Virus record (IMG/VR): IMGVR_UViG_3300002038_000006
Location: 154,100 to 218,099 of that record
Origin: a virus
Strand: one strand, 5' to 3'
Length of the DNA stretch: 64,000 bases
The translations under genes were made by a program, and so were the position numbers. The stretch's first letter is position 1. The number at the start of each line of letters is the position of its first letter. The notes under the pieces were generated by a model. That model had not been told where the DNA came from. It searched no databases and saw only the letters and a program-made list of their open reading frames with translations. Shown piece by piece: positions 17,501 through 26,943 of this stretch.

Positions 17501-19975
17501 GGTAATCGTAAGGCTGGTAAAGGTATCTTAGGTACTCTAGCTGGTGCACTTGGAATGGGTGGCGATGATTCAGACGACGGCGGAAGTCTTGCAGGTGACA
17601 TTGCATCTGAAGTTGCTGGTGAAGTTATCGGGGATAAAATCTCAGGTAATGGAAAAGGCGATGATTCAGACGACGACAAGAAGAGTCGTAGTAAGGGTCC
17701 TAAAGCTAAAGGTAAGATGGGTCGAGCATGGCAAGCAATTAAAGGGGCTGGTTCAAAGGTCAAAGAAATTGCGGGCGGCATGAAAGGCAAAGGTCTTATT
17801 GGAGGTACTGCTGCGGGTATAACCGGAGTGGGTGGAGCAATCTCAGGTATGGGTGGTTCGGTAGCTACTAAAATGGCTGCTACATCTGGACTTAAGAAGG
17901 CGGCTCTGTGGGGACTTAAGGGGGCTTTAGGTTTAGTAGGTGGCATATTGGGTGCTCCTATAGTTGGAACGGCTTTAGCGGTTGCTGGAGCGGCTTATAC
18001 AGCATACGAAGTCTTCGGTTCCTTTAGAGACCGTGCAGGCGTAGAACCATTGGAAGAATATCGTTACCGTCAATACGGTTTAGATGTTGAAGATAGTTCT
18101 CATCGTTCGTTCTTACGTAAACTTGAAGATGAAGCAATAGAGTACGTTAACTATCGTGGCTCTGAAGGTACAGAGAATACTTTGGACATTGAAGACTTTG
18201 AGTTCCATGAGGACATGATGACTTTAGTAAACATTGACCCTAATGTACCTGCTGAACGTTTTGCGGCGTATCTAAGATGGTTTAAGAATCGTTTCCGTCC
18301 TGTATTCTTACTACACCACGGTGTGGCTAGAATGTTAGACTCAGACGTAGACCTATTGGATATCGACGATGAATTGGATGACGATAAGAAAGCCAAGTTC
18401 GTTAAGCAAGCTTACTATCCTAACGATGGTTCTGGTAATAGTCCTTACATGGTAAGTGACTCGCCAATGGAAGAACACACTGCTACGGTAGGTTATAAAG
18501 AAATCGACGAAATGAAAGAAGCTCTCATGACTGAATATAAGGTCGATGAAGAGAAGTCTGAAAAGGATGGTGAATCTTTCCTATCTAAAGTTGCTAAAGG
18601 CGCAATGATGCTTACTCCTGTTGGAATGGCACATACTGCTTACAAAGCTGTGACTAAGGATAAGCCTGCTGATACTAAGACTGGTAAAAAGGTTGAAGTA
18701 GAAAGCGGTAAGAAAGAGAAGACTAATACCGCTACCAAAGTTGCGACTGCGGTTGGGTTAGCTGTAGGTACTGAGCAAGCTGTTAAAGCAGGTACTGAAG
18801 CAAAGGCTACGCCACCAGTTTCAAATGCTACTGCTGTGAAGCGTAAGTTAGAAACTAATAAGGCGAAAGGGAAGAAAGGGTTCGTGGTTCCAAGTGAAGG
18901 TAGGATTAGTTCTCCTTACGGTGACCGTGTACATCCTATCTCTGGGGAATCTAAGTTCCACACTGGTATAGACATTGCTGCTCCTACGGGAACAGATGTA
19001 CTAGCTAGTCAAGGTGGAGCGATTACTCGTAGAGGTCATTCACGTAGTTATGGTAATGTTATCTACATCGACAATGATGATGGTACACATAGCCGTTACG
19101 CACACTTACACAATTTCGAACCCGGCTATACAGTTGGTGACAGAATTGAACAAGGTGCTAAGCTAGGTGAGATTGGTTCTACTGGTTGGTCAACCGGACC
19201 ACACTTACATTTCGAAGTACGTAAGAAAGCTCACGATAAGAAATCTTCTCTAGACCCATTAGAACTCTTCAAGGGTGATACTGGTAAGGAAGCGAGAGCT
19301 CAAGTCAGTGATGCTATAGCTGCTGCTAAGATGGAAGTGAATCAAGATGATGACGAAGCAATCCTAGAGGGTGAAGAGACTATTCTCTCTACCATGAAAG
19401 GTTCATCTGAAGTTACCCATGACCAAAAGCGTGCACAAACTGCAAGCATGAAAACTCCTTTAGTTAAACCTAGTTTAATGACTCCTACTAATGTGGGGAT
19501 TACTAAACCTGAATACACTGAGGATACTGTTGCTACTGCCGATAGAGATACGGCTGTTGCTATTACACCTGCTAAACTTAATATGGCACCGGCTACGCCT
19601 GTCAGAAAAGTAGTAGATGATGCACCAGTAGTGGAAGTTGAAGTGTTACAACAGAAACGTGCTCAAATGAGTCAGGAAGATGCGAACGTTCGTAGTGAAC
19701 AACAGTTAGAAGCTATAGGTATATTGATGACCGAACAGCTTAGAACTCAACAACGAATGGAAGTACTATTAACTGAGGTAGCAAGTAACACTAAGGCGAC
19801 GGCTGATGGGGTTGCAGAATTACCAATGTCTGAGGAGAAGAAAGCTGAGAAGCCTAAGTCTACTCAAAGTGCTCGTAACAATCCTGCCTTAACTGGTAAT
19901 CAATTGACTGCCATGATGCAGAGTAAAGATGCTAAGTCGGTTTCGTACCCACTACTTATGAGTCGAAACAAGTAA
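14552..19975 (+). CDS. Main part of tape-measure-like tail protein (gp181-like) with C-terminal-region M23 peptidoglycan peptidase
   Basis: Very long ORF next to vRNAP beta-prime; two VxV..P.L....G.Y.D...DI.G.V.D..GN..LS.ED repeats; Gly/Ala hydrophobic segment; M23 motifs HTGID and GPHLHFEV. Confidence 0.8.
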   Translation: MSLVTKTKAAGFAGSMVGDSVVNKILDVVGKAANKEGSKRQSLVKTFGKISNRVQGFDGELKEFIDTADQRDGILGTIGGMLQEVAPRLNAEPRVLSNLAERGHERVDWDLLSRRTLIEVIPEYLARITQNTQSMATGQPAEKMVYSKLSESFVSEADAVAEATDKFVKRDEINIYREQSDKLLDKIFGSAKISPEARLVMSEQIHTDVSRGWNVDPTRYVESGTFDERHDAGAVSELHEFFREKYKAKDVSEGGKEKWDLDLSEQALTKLGAINHSGRQLMSAIPNMQDPLKQFMASGDKDLLRATGWIDNTSGTDQFNSERMTSLMTGRLSLDDLQSEWDRGQLKEERGENATKWRDQDRDEWQLRQEQPVAAQPERKVEESRPTRVMSGGEQSVLTDLTKVMNQTGSDSAAMLARLDAVVSGGTEVYSINNQQLEVLKEIRELLVAQQAYEMSSEDAKMGAELLKKFNSMSTENGPGLMSQLSSKVLDIGKSGVGALGNYYSTVGNLAGKGVNFATEKASSLMNFVGKKKEDVDVFVAGLRTPALRGEFIKAGRYVDVATGKVITKLEDITGEVKDLESGNIVLSAEDFANGIYNGSGDSLMDRLGGAVKGFASGAVDMLGGYYGFLWDTSKKVVNFVKEKAIGYNRKLQVQSDVYVKSRMEDGPILLRTKLLRGAYFDLDGNAIFSVADIKGPVYDEEGNMLLSDEDISDGLVNPQGEDIDVSGIFGSGVGMVGSGIGLAKAAGGKLLDALKGYYSGIGKAGKSLLDKLTGGFGGVTVNGETDVETINISANNVYLTGNIVQESPAERAGTASPTVTEKVNGIGEQLKTTTENVRNRAEKGIKDVADKASTMANTAVDKVKDIDTTKVEATLVKAKERVGERFDKVKDTLVGTELGEDSVLVGDADGNVSIKSGKEEIPAGDGTTNGYLASLLAYFHGRDLLKDGDTDGDGFRDGGWRSRLFGRKDEEEDGESDGKKTEGNRKAGKGILGTLAGALGMGGDDSDDGGSLAGDIASEVAGEVIGDKISGNGKGDDSDDDKKSRSKGPKAKGKMGRAWQAIKGAGSKVKEIAGGMKGKGLIGGTAAGITGVGGAISGMGGSVATKMAATSGLKKAALWGLKGALGLVGGILGAPIVGTALAVAGAAYTAYEVFGSFRDRAGVEPLEEYRYRQYGLDVEDSSHRSFLRKLEDEAIEYVNYRGSEGTENTLDIEDFEFHEDMMTLVNIDPNVPAERFAAYLRWFKNRFRPVFLLHHGVARMLDSDVDLLDIDDELDDDKKAKFVKQAYYPNDGSGNSPYMVSDSPMEEHTATVGYKEIDEMKEALMTEYKVDEEKSEKDGESFLSKVAKGAMMLTPVGMAHTAYKAVTKDKPADTKTGKKVEVESGKKEKTNTATKVATAVGLAVGTEQAVKAGTEAKATPPVSNATAVKRKLETNKAKGKKGFVVPSEGRISSPYGDRVHPISGESKFHTGIDIAAPTGTDVLASQGGAITRRGHSRSYGNVIYIDNDDGTHSRYAHLHNFEPGYTVGDRIEQGAKLGEIGSTGWSTGPHLHFEVRKKAHDKKSSLDPLELFKGDTGKEARAQVSDAIAAAKMEVNQDDDEAILEGEETILSTMKGSSEVTHDQKRAQTASMKTPLVKPSLMTPTNVGITKPEYTEDTVATADRDTAVAITPAKLNMAPATPVRKVVDDAPVVEVEVLQQKRAQMSQEDANVRSEQQLEAIGILMTEQLRTQQRMEVLLTEVASNTKATADGVAELPMSEEKKAEKPKSTQSARNNPALTGNQLTAMMQSKDAKSVSYPLLMSRNK

Positions 19976-19980
19976 TAACT

Positions 19981-20010
19981 TGGGAGGCTTCGGCCTCCCA
20001 TTATTTTTTT
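19981..20010 (+). terminator. Intrinsic terminator
   Basis: TGGGAGGC-TTCG-GCCTCCCA followed by TTATTTTTTT. Confidence 0.8.
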
Positions 20011-20031
20011 CTTTTATTAAGGAGTAGTTAT

Positions 20032-21963
20032 ATGGCAGAGATTAAAGACTCGTCATGGTTAAGACAAGCTTTCATACTACCAAGTACTGAAAAAGCTATA
20101 TCTGCCAAAGACAACTTCAACCGTAGCTATTCTGCTGCATTTAACAAATTCACAGATACCACACCGGGTGGTAACTTTACTATTAACAATCCACCACAAG
20201 CGTGTCGTTATGCTGACCGTAAGAATAGTACTTTACGTAACTATCTAAAGAGAGAGAACGTTAAAGCTTCTAGCTCTCGTGGTATGGGTAGATACTTCAG
20301 TGAAGCCTACGATGATAACTCAGTTAAAGTTCATCTTAGTTTTGGTGTACCTGAATATAATAGTATCACTAGATTCTTCTCGAACTTCTATGACCCTGAG
20401 ATGGGTTCAATGGCAAGGACTGGTGAAACTACCTCACTTAGCTATAGTCTAGGTAAGGCTGTGGGTTGGTTGGTATCTGCTCCACTGATTCCTTTTGTAT
20501 TAGCTGGTTCACTGATACGATACTTGAGTGGTAAACCTAATAGTAAGTTCTATTACGTTAAGCCTACCATGGGACCGTATTGGAATGCTGTTAACCTAAT
20601 GGCCAACAAGCTGGCTGTAAACATAGGTATCCAACCGGGCGTATTCGGTGAGTCTACTACCGAGGAAGATACTCCGGGTGGTGGTAAAGTAAAACGTGCT
20701 GATTACGCAAGTGATACTCCGGGTGCTAGCTGGGAAACATATCAGCGTATGTTACCTAACTTGTTTAGAAGTGAGGGTGGTATAGATGTATACGCTATGG
20801 CTACACGTGCTCAACGTTTATACGATGCTCAACTTAATGCTCAGATAAGTGCCATCAAAGGTGCTGCTACTGAAGCTGAGTTAGAGAAACAGTTAGCCTC
20901 TATCGCTGCTGGTAACTTCGATAAGAACGTTAACAACAAGAACATTACTAGTTATACTGAAGAGTATCGTAAATCTAGTCTTGGTAAGCTTAGAGATTCG
21001 GAAGCACAGGCAGCAGCGGCTGCTGGTGGCGAAAGTGTGTTGTCTACGGACGACCAAGGTTTCACAGACCACTTACAGGCAGAGCTGCGCGATGGCTCTA
21101 ACTGGGTTGCTTTCCGATTAGATGAAGCGGGTAGCATTGGTGAGAGTTTTAGTAACGCTACTAAAGAACCGGGCATTGCATCTACCATCAATGGCATGAG
21201 TGCTAGTGCTAGAGATGTGCAAACAAACGCCATGAACTTTAATTTAGGTGACGGTATTGTTGGTGAGACCATCGAGGCATTTAAGAATGCTGTTGTTGGT
21301 TTTGCTAAGGGTACTTTGGATGGTGTTGGTTTAAGTGGTATTGCGGTATTAGGTGGTGGGGCGTTTGCGGACATTCAAAATGTTTGGGATAGTTCTTCTG
21401 CTACACTACCAAGTGAGACTTTCACAATACAGTTAAGAACCCCATACGGGAACAAGGTTAGTATCTTCCAGAATCTATACATTCCATTGTCAATGATTCT
21501 TGCTGGTGCTTTACCATTATCCACCGGTCCTAGTTCTTATACTTCACCGTTTATGTGTCAGTGTTTCGTTCCGGGACGTATGCAAACTCGTTGTGGTATG
21601 ATTACAGACTTAAGTATTACTCGTGGTACTTCAAATGCTGGTTGGAGTGTAGATGGATTACCTCTGGGTATTGACATCTCATTTACTGTTACTGACATGT
21701 CTTCTATCTTACATGTGCCTCTCGATGAGCGTGCTGGTATTCTAGATGACGACAATGCTTTCAACGATTACATGGCAATCTTATCTGCGTTAGGTGTAGC
21801 TGAACAATTCTACCCTACTGCTAAACTTAAGAGAGCTTGGGCAACTAAGGTAAGGAACTTCGAGAGTATGTTTTCATACGCTCGAACAGCTCAATGGGCT
21901 GCTGGTACAATGCCGGGTAAATTATTAAGTGCATTCTATCGTGGTAATGCATCTATCGGTTAA
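20032..21963 (+). CDS. Virion tail/baseplate structural protein (phiKZ gp182-like)
   Basis: 643 aa directly after the tape-measure gene; tube/hub-like C-terminal beta segment (GMITDLSITRG..W...GLPLGIDISFTVTD). Confidence 0.65.
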   Translation: MAEIKDSSWLRQAFILPSTEKAISAKDNFNRSYSAAFNKFTDTTPGGNFTINNPPQACRYADRKNSTLRNYLKRENVKASSSRGMGRYFSEAYDDNSVKVHLSFGVPEYNSITRFFSNFYDPEMGSMARTGETTSLSYSLGKAVGWLVSAPLIPFVLAGSLIRYLSGKPNSKFYYVKPTMGPYWNAVNLMANKLAVNIGIQPGVFGESTTEEDTPGGGKVKRADYASDTPGASWETYQRMLPNLFRSEGGIDVYAMATRAQRLYDAQLNAQISAIKGAATEAELEKQLASIAAGNFDKNVNNKNITSYTEEYRKSSLGKLRDSEAQAAAAAGGESVLSTDDQGFTDHLQAELRDGSNWVAFRLDEAGSIGESFSNATKEPGIASTINGMSASARDVQTNAMNFNLGDGIVGETIEAFKNAVVGFAKGTLDGVGLSGIAVLGGGAFADIQNVWDSSSATLPSETFTIQLRTPYGNKVSIFQNLYIPLSMILAGALPLSTGPSSYTSPFMCQCFVPGRMQTRCGMITDLSITRGTSNAGWSVDGLPLGIDISFTVTDMSSILHVPLDERAGILDDDNAFNDYMAILSALGVAEQFYPTAKLKRAWATKVRNFESMFSYARTAQWAAGTMPGKLLSAFYRGNASIG

Positions 21964-21966
21964 ACT

Positions 21967-22007
21967 AAAAAAATAAGGAGGGCGCAAGCCCTCCTATTTA
22001 TGTCGTC
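21967..22007. terminator. Bidirectional terminator with ATTTATGTCGTC motif
   Basis: AGGAGGGC-GCAA-GCCCTCCT between convergent genes. Confidence 0.8.
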
Positions 22008-23137
22008 TATACTTTCGGCAATATCTGGCTAGGGTATAAGGTATAACCTATCTTGCGGTACGTACTTACAATAGCTACGTTAGCGAAGTGTGGTTCTTTG
22101 TATCCAAGAACATACAGTGCTAGTTCGGATGCTTTATAGTAGTGTGTTAAATCATTAACCAATGAACCGTTACGATTAACTTTGTACCAGTTAGGGTCTA
22201 TGTCATCCAATGCTTGGACAAGACCAGCATGTGCTGTGTCTATATCCTGACTATAAGTATCTTCAAACCCAGACGGATAGATAGATAATATCTCTTCTAC
22301 GAATCTAGGATTATAACTTGCTAGGCGTGCTGTAGCTGGAGTACCATCTTCAGTCTTCATCTTAGCTGCTACTTTACGGGCAAAGCGAACTTGTTTATTA
22401 CCTTGGAAATCAGTAAGGATAGACTTCATGAAATTATCAGAAGCTCCTTCCATCCTAGTACCGTAACCATCTAGTATAGAATCGTAGGAATCATCAGTTA
22501 GCCATTTAGCCCCACATCGAAGTGCTGCTAGTAGACTGGTGTCCTTGGCTGCTTGTGAACCTTTACTATCTTCATTGCTACCAAATGCCACGTTAGGGAA
22601 TAGTGTTGTAAGACTACCCAATAGCTGTGTCATTGATTTGTCACAGGCTGTAGTGCTCCAGTCGTAATCTTTGAGTAGACTTAGTTTAAGTTTGTTATTA
22701 AACGTCTTCTCATCGTAACTGGGTGTAACATCTTTAAGTCTCTTTTCAAGACCTGTAGCTTTAACCAATTTATCAATGGCTTTAGTGTTACCCTCTAGAG
22801 TATCAATAGAACCATCTTTCTTCATGTCGGCAACAACTTTGTTTGCTGCATCTTCATCGTTGGTTGGAATATTAGCAACTGCTGTCAGTGCCTTTGCTCC
22901 ACCCGAACTAGGATTAACTTCTGAGGAAGAAGAGGACATTGCTTTACCAGCATCTGACTTTATCGCTTCTTGCTTCTCTGGTTTGGTTACTTCAGGAATC
23001 AATTCTTCGAACGTTCCTATTTCACCCTCTGAATTTACAGCCGCTGCTTCTGCGGCCACTACCGCCGCAGTATCACCTACTAGTAAATCATCGTCACCAC
23101 CGTTTACAAATACGGGGTCTGCAATTTTACCTGCCAT
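22007..23137 (-). CDS. Putative virion structural protein (start revised to MAGKIADP)
   Basis: GGAG RBS before the ATG at 23137; the upstream ORF-track extension runs through a terminator. Confidence 0.6.
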   Translation of the reverse strand: MAGKIADPVFVNGGDDDLLVGDTAAVVAAEAAAVNSEGEIGTFEELIPEVTKPEKQEAIKSDAGKAMSSSSSEVNPSSGGAKALTAVANIPTNDEDAANKVVADMKKDGSIDTLEGNTKAIDKLVKATGLEKRLKDVTPSYDEKTFNNKLKLSLLKDYDWSTTACDKSMTQLLGSLTTLFPNVAFGSNEDSKGSQAAKDTSLLAALRCGAKWLTDDSYDSILDGYGTRMEGASDNFMKSILTDFQGNKQVRFARKVAAKMKTEDGTPATARLASYNPRFVEEILSIYPSGFEDTYSQDIDTAHAGLVQALDDIDPNWYKVNRNGSLVNDLTHYYKASELALYVLGYKEPHFANVAIVSTYRKIGYTLYPSQILPKV

Positions 23138-23173
23138 TACGGTAGCTCCAAAAAAATAATCAATTACATAAAA

Positions 23174-23215
23174 ACAGCAAAAAAAAAAAGAGGAGGTCGT
23201 GGCAGACCTCCTCTT
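23174..23215 (-). terminator. Intrinsic terminator
   Basis: 11-bp stem, long U tract, then TGCTGT. Confidence 0.8.
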
Positions 23216-23289
23216 CTTACTATTATATATCAAATGGAATAAACATAATTCTAGACTCTATAGATACAGTGTTATGTTTACTTCGTTCC

Positions 23290-24054
23290 TTAAGATTTCA
23301 CGATTGGCTGTCGTAATTTCTCAAATCGTTCTTGACGAAGTCTTACAACTTCTTCATATCGACGCTGGAAACACACTCGATTACATACGTTACTAATTTT
23401 AATACGGTGACTAGTCTCTTCTCCATCGCGAAAGCAGATTACCTTAAGTGCCATTTCATGCACACCTAAAAATCTCATTCCACGAAGAAACATTTTCCAA
23501 GTCATTGTTGGGGTATGTAGTTCTTTTTCTACCCTCGACTTAACAGCACTTCTCTCACCACCTCTGTCTGGTAAATCCAAATCAGGGGCTTTCAAGAAAG
23601 CATCCATTAATAACATCCACTTGTCAGGTCCCACGCCTAAATCTAGTTGTATGCCTTTAAATATTTTCGCTAGTAGTATACCAGCATCCTTGTTACGAAC
23701 AATGTCTTCGCAAGAATGTAGTGATACAGTATCGAAACGTTTAAGTTCAATTTCAAAAGCGACTCGTTCGAATCCGAGTACCATAAAGGTTTTACAGAAA
23801 ACTTTCCAAGCTATTTCATCTTTGGAGAATTCCTTTGTAATGTTGCCTTTAAGTGTTGAGCGAGAGCTGCCTTTATTAGCGTCCTCTTTTAACACTTGGT
23901 TAAGATACTTATTTACTTTCCTTTCCCATTCCATAGCTGTGACCTCAAGGTCAGACAGTACAGTTCTAAAAAGTCCAGCAAGTGCATCTCTTACCCTTCC
24001 TCTACCGTAGTCTTCTAACTTAAGCAATTGAACCATGCGATTACGTCCGCGCAT
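23290..24054 (-). CDS. Hypothetical protein with an internal tandem domain duplication
   Basis: Two copies of LA..F..(V/I)..DL.V....W......(Y/F)L ... WK.F...(F/M)..LG. Confidence 0.7.
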   Translation of the reverse strand: MRGRNRMVQLLKLEDYGRGRVRDALAGLFRTVLSDLEVTAMEWERKVNKYLNQVLKEDANKGSSRSTLKGNITKEFSKDEIAWKVFCKTFMVLGFERVAFEIELKRFDTVSLHSCEDIVRNKDAGILLAKIFKGIQLDLGVGPDKWMLLMDAFLKAPDLDLPDRGGERSAVKSRVEKELHTPTMTWKMFLRGMRFLGVHEMALKVICFRDGEETSHRIKISNVCNRVCFQRRYEEVVRLRQERFEKLRQPIVKS

Positions 24055-24074
24055 GATAACAATCCTCTGTGGTT

Positions 24075-24546
24075 TAAGTTATATTACTGACTAACATTCT
24101 AAATGCTATAGCCTCTGTTATGTAGGGTTTGATGGTACGGCAATAATAGCTGTACTTAACTTCCTCATCACCTTCCAACTTATGGAGAATATCCGATAGT
24201 TTGGTTAGTAGTTGATTTAGTTCCCTGTCGGCCTTAGCTATAGAGTAGTTAGGTATTTTGTTAACGTTATCTCTCCTTTGTCTCTGCTGATGTTTTTTAT
24301 TCTAGGTAGGCTATCTAGAGTCCACATTGAGTTATGTAGTTTCTCTAAAGAGCTTATCAGTTTTTCTACTGTGCCACACTTTGACATAATCGATAACTTA
24401 TCTAATTCCTTGGACGGCAGTTCGTCTTTGTCATAGATAGCTAACACATTTTGATTATGCAACTTATAGTCCCACGTGCTTTCTACGGAGTTAAATACAC
24501 TTAGCTTCCGTTTAATTTGCCAAGCATCTAACCATTTAAATAGCAT
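24075..24546 (-). pseudogene. Frameshifted hypothetical gene (102-aa ORF continues in another frame to 24075)
   Basis: After ...TLTKYLT an alternative frame reads NYSIAKADRELNQLLTKLSDILHKLEGDEEVKYSYYCRTIKPYITEAIAFRMLVSNIT*, which fills the gap to the next gene. Confidence 0.55.
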
Positions 24547-24615
24547 TCGTCTATTTTCCTATGTATAAGTGCACCTTGATAATATGTGTTTCAAATTTAT
24601 TTCCGGAGTTTTAAA

Positions 24616-25050
24616 ATGACCCATGAAGAACTAATGAAGTTAGCCCAGACGGGAGAACTTACTGAAGATGCAATACTTCAGATTACCCAAGAGACCCGAA
24701 GGTCTATGCTCGTAGGTGCCCTCGCTGAAGGTATCCCCGGCGGTAAAGATATGTACCGTGTGATGAAACTTCTTGAAGACATGGACGGTACTGCACTGAA
24801 TATGAAGAAGATTGAATCAGACGATGCTAATGCAGATGCTGCTCGTAAGGCTAGTATCTTAATTGCTGAAATGAATAAACAGCTTGATGGAAACAATCCT
24901 TTTGAGCGTCAACCAGAGGGAGGTCGTATTATCGACATCACTCCAGACGTTGCTGAGATACCAGTTATCGAACCAAAGGCCGAAGAAGATTCCATTGGTG
25001 TATCGACACTTAACTACGACGAGTTCATTAGAAACGAACCCGATGAATAG
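24616..25050 (+). CDS. Hypothetical protein (start revised to MTHEELMK)
   Basis: GGAG RBS before the ATG at 24616. Confidence 0.7.
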   Translation: MTHEELMKLAQTGELTEDAILQITQETRRSMLVGALAEGIPGGKDMYRVMKLLEDMDGTALNMKKIESDDANADAARKASILIAEMNKQLDGNNPFERQPEGGRIIDITPDVAEIPVIEPKAEEDSIGVSTLNYDEFIRNEPDE

Positions 25051-25743
25051 TTAGATAATGATTGATACTTCCTGTGGAGTAATCCATTCGACACCTAGAA
25101 ACTCTACGAGTGCTCCGGACACCTCTAGGGTTGGGTCCATTTCTACATCGTCAGGTAAAGGCTTCTTTAGAATCCTTGGTACTACACAGACGACAGATGG
25201 GATTGGGGTATCGAGTAGTGCTTCACTGTGAAGTGTTAACCATTCATCGAAATTGTAGATTGTAAAACTACACCAAGTACCACGTATGGCTTTAGGGGTT
25301 AACGCCTCTGGAGCTATACTGGTTATGCCGACGTCTATATCTTCACCTAGAAACTCTTTAAGTAGTCCTTTCAGTTCAGCTGTTTCAGTAACACCAAAAT
25401 CATAAGGCCAAACATTAACGTCTACACCTACTCCACCAGCCATTGGATGATTAGCAGAAGCTTCTTTAAGGATTGTTACATCAGCAATTAAGCGAGACAT
25501 ATAGCCAGTCATTAAAGCATTGGTGTGCACGTCCCCATCTCTGCCTCTATACCAGTAATGAGTATTGTACAAATCACGGTCGAAGTTTTCAATCCACTGT
25601 TCGAAGAAATCACCATCTCTGGTTTTCCAACCATGATGCAATACAATAGACGGATAGCTTTCATCCATTTTAGCTAGTGCCGCTAGTCTAGTGTCTAGCA
25701 TTACGTCCAGACTAATCAGAAGCCTTTGTTGGTCTCGTCTCAT
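25051..25743 (-). CDS. Conserved phiKZ-like protein with degenerate HAD-like N-terminus
   Basis: LLISLDVMLDT resembles HAD motif I lacking the first Asp. Confidence 0.5.
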   Translation of the reverse strand: MRRDQQRLLISLDVMLDTRLAALAKMDESYPSIVLHHGWKTRDGDFFEQWIENFDRDLYNTHYWYRGRDGDVHTNALMTGYMSRLIADVTILKEASANHPMAGGVGVDVNVWPYDFGVTETAELKGLLKEFLGEDIDVGITSIAPEALTPKAIRGTWCSFTIYNFDEWLTLHSEALLDTPIPSVVCVVPRILKKPLPDDVEMDPTLEVSGALVEFLGVEWITPQEVSIII

Positions 25744-26227
25744 TGTATTCTGCCTCGAATTCAGATAGGTCTATAGAAAACAATGCCAAGATAATAATTG
25801 ACCACTTGTGTTTCTTTAAGAGGTTGGTTACATCATTAGCGTTTTTACTAAGTCTTGAACCTAAGTCATCGTCACCGTATAACTCTTCGACATCGCCAAT
25901 GAAGATACTGTTAGCGTAAGATTCACGGACATGGTCAAGTATAGCTTCTTTACCCGCTGTTAAACTAACTAGTCTATAGGTAGCCATAAACCAATCTATA
26001 ATTATCTGGTCACGATTACGGGCAGTGTTCCACAACTCAACCAACTCATCTTCAACCATTAAGGTGTTTGGGATGTTAGTTGATATTACGTCGATTAGAT
26101 AATCAACTACTTTCGGTGGAGCTACACTGAATGCTTCTATAACCACCTTTTCTACTATGGCAGTTGCATCCAGTACATGGCTAGAGAGTTGGAACATCTC
26201 CAACTCAGTCAACGTTGTTTTAGACAT
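25712..26227 (-). CDS. Hypothetical protein
   Basis: 171-aa ORF in an operon with the vRNAP subunit. Confidence 0.65.
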   Translation of the reverse strand: MSKTTLTELEMFQLSSHVLDATAIVEKVVIEAFSVAPPKVVDYLIDVISTNIPNTLMVEDELVELWNTARNRDQIIIDWFMATYRLVSLTAGKEAILDHVRESYANSIFIGDVEELYGDDDLGSRLSKNANDVTNLLKKHKWSIIILALFSIDLSEFEAEYNETRPTKASD

Positions 26228-26236
26228 TGGTATTCC

Positions 26237-26908
26237 CTATAAATTAATAGGTGATATCATCATCCCTTTAAAGAAAGCTGCTAGACTTTCTGTGGACTTA
26301 ACTTTACCACCTGCTTTGGCTACCTGCTCAAGAGAGAAGCCACCTGTTTCGTGTGCAGCTTTATTCATTGCTGTATATGCTGCTTCATTACCACCACGAA
26401 CTTTCAACAACTCTTCGATTGTACTGTCAAGACCTAGTGCGTAAAGAACTTGCATCTCTGGGTTAGAGAGTGAAGAACCTTTAGACTTACCTGTAGGCTG
26501 TCCAGTCAAATCGTCACGAGAATCATTATCAGCTGCTACGGACATCTTCTTAACTAGATGCTGTGCTTGGCGACGGAAAGGTAATGATAGAATTAAATAC
26601 TTGTGCGGAGTAGTATACTGTTGACCAGTTGCAGGGTCTTTAAGATTTAAGTGCTGAAAGAACTCGTATCCCAACTCTTTACCAATCTTAATGTTTCTAC
26701 TTACGCTAAGTTTACTTGTTGCTAGATTCGGAGCTTTAATTTGTAACGTCGTATTGCCGTCACGTAAATCTTGCATGAATGTTGCGAACTGTTTATCACT
26801 CATGGCTTCTAAGCGGGCTTTAAGCATCTCTGCATTACCAGACTTAGGGAAAATATTTTCAATATACGACAGAGCCATTTCTGTCGCTAACTTACGGGCT
26901 TTAGACAT
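26237..26908 (-). CDS. Virion RNA polymerase beta C-terminal subunit (phiKZ gp149-like)
   Basis: RRQAQHLVKKMS...DDLTGQPTGKSKGSSLSNPEMQVL...EELLKVRGG mirrors the RpoB C-terminal conserved region. Start MSKARK after GGAG. Confidence 0.8.
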   Translation of the reverse strand: MSKARKLATEMALSYIENIFPKSGNAEMLKARLEAMSDKQFATFMQDLRDGNTTLQIKAPNLATSKLSVSRNIKIGKELGYEFFQHLNLKDPATGQQYTTPHKYLILSLPFRRQAQHLVKKMSVAADNDSRDDLTGQPTGKSKGSSLSNPEMQVLYALGLDSTIEELLKVRGGNEAAYTAMNKAAHETGGFSLEQVAKAGGKVKSTESLAAFFKGMMISPINL

Positions 26909-26943
26909 TAGTTGTCTCCAATAACCATTCGGACTCAAAAGAT

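Noticed and set aside
16945-17946. 333-aa antisense ORF inside the tape-measure-like gene (and many similar shadow ORFs)
   Set aside because: Ser/Pro/Leu-rich mirror of biased sense-strand codons; no RBS; fully overlaps a well-supported gene.
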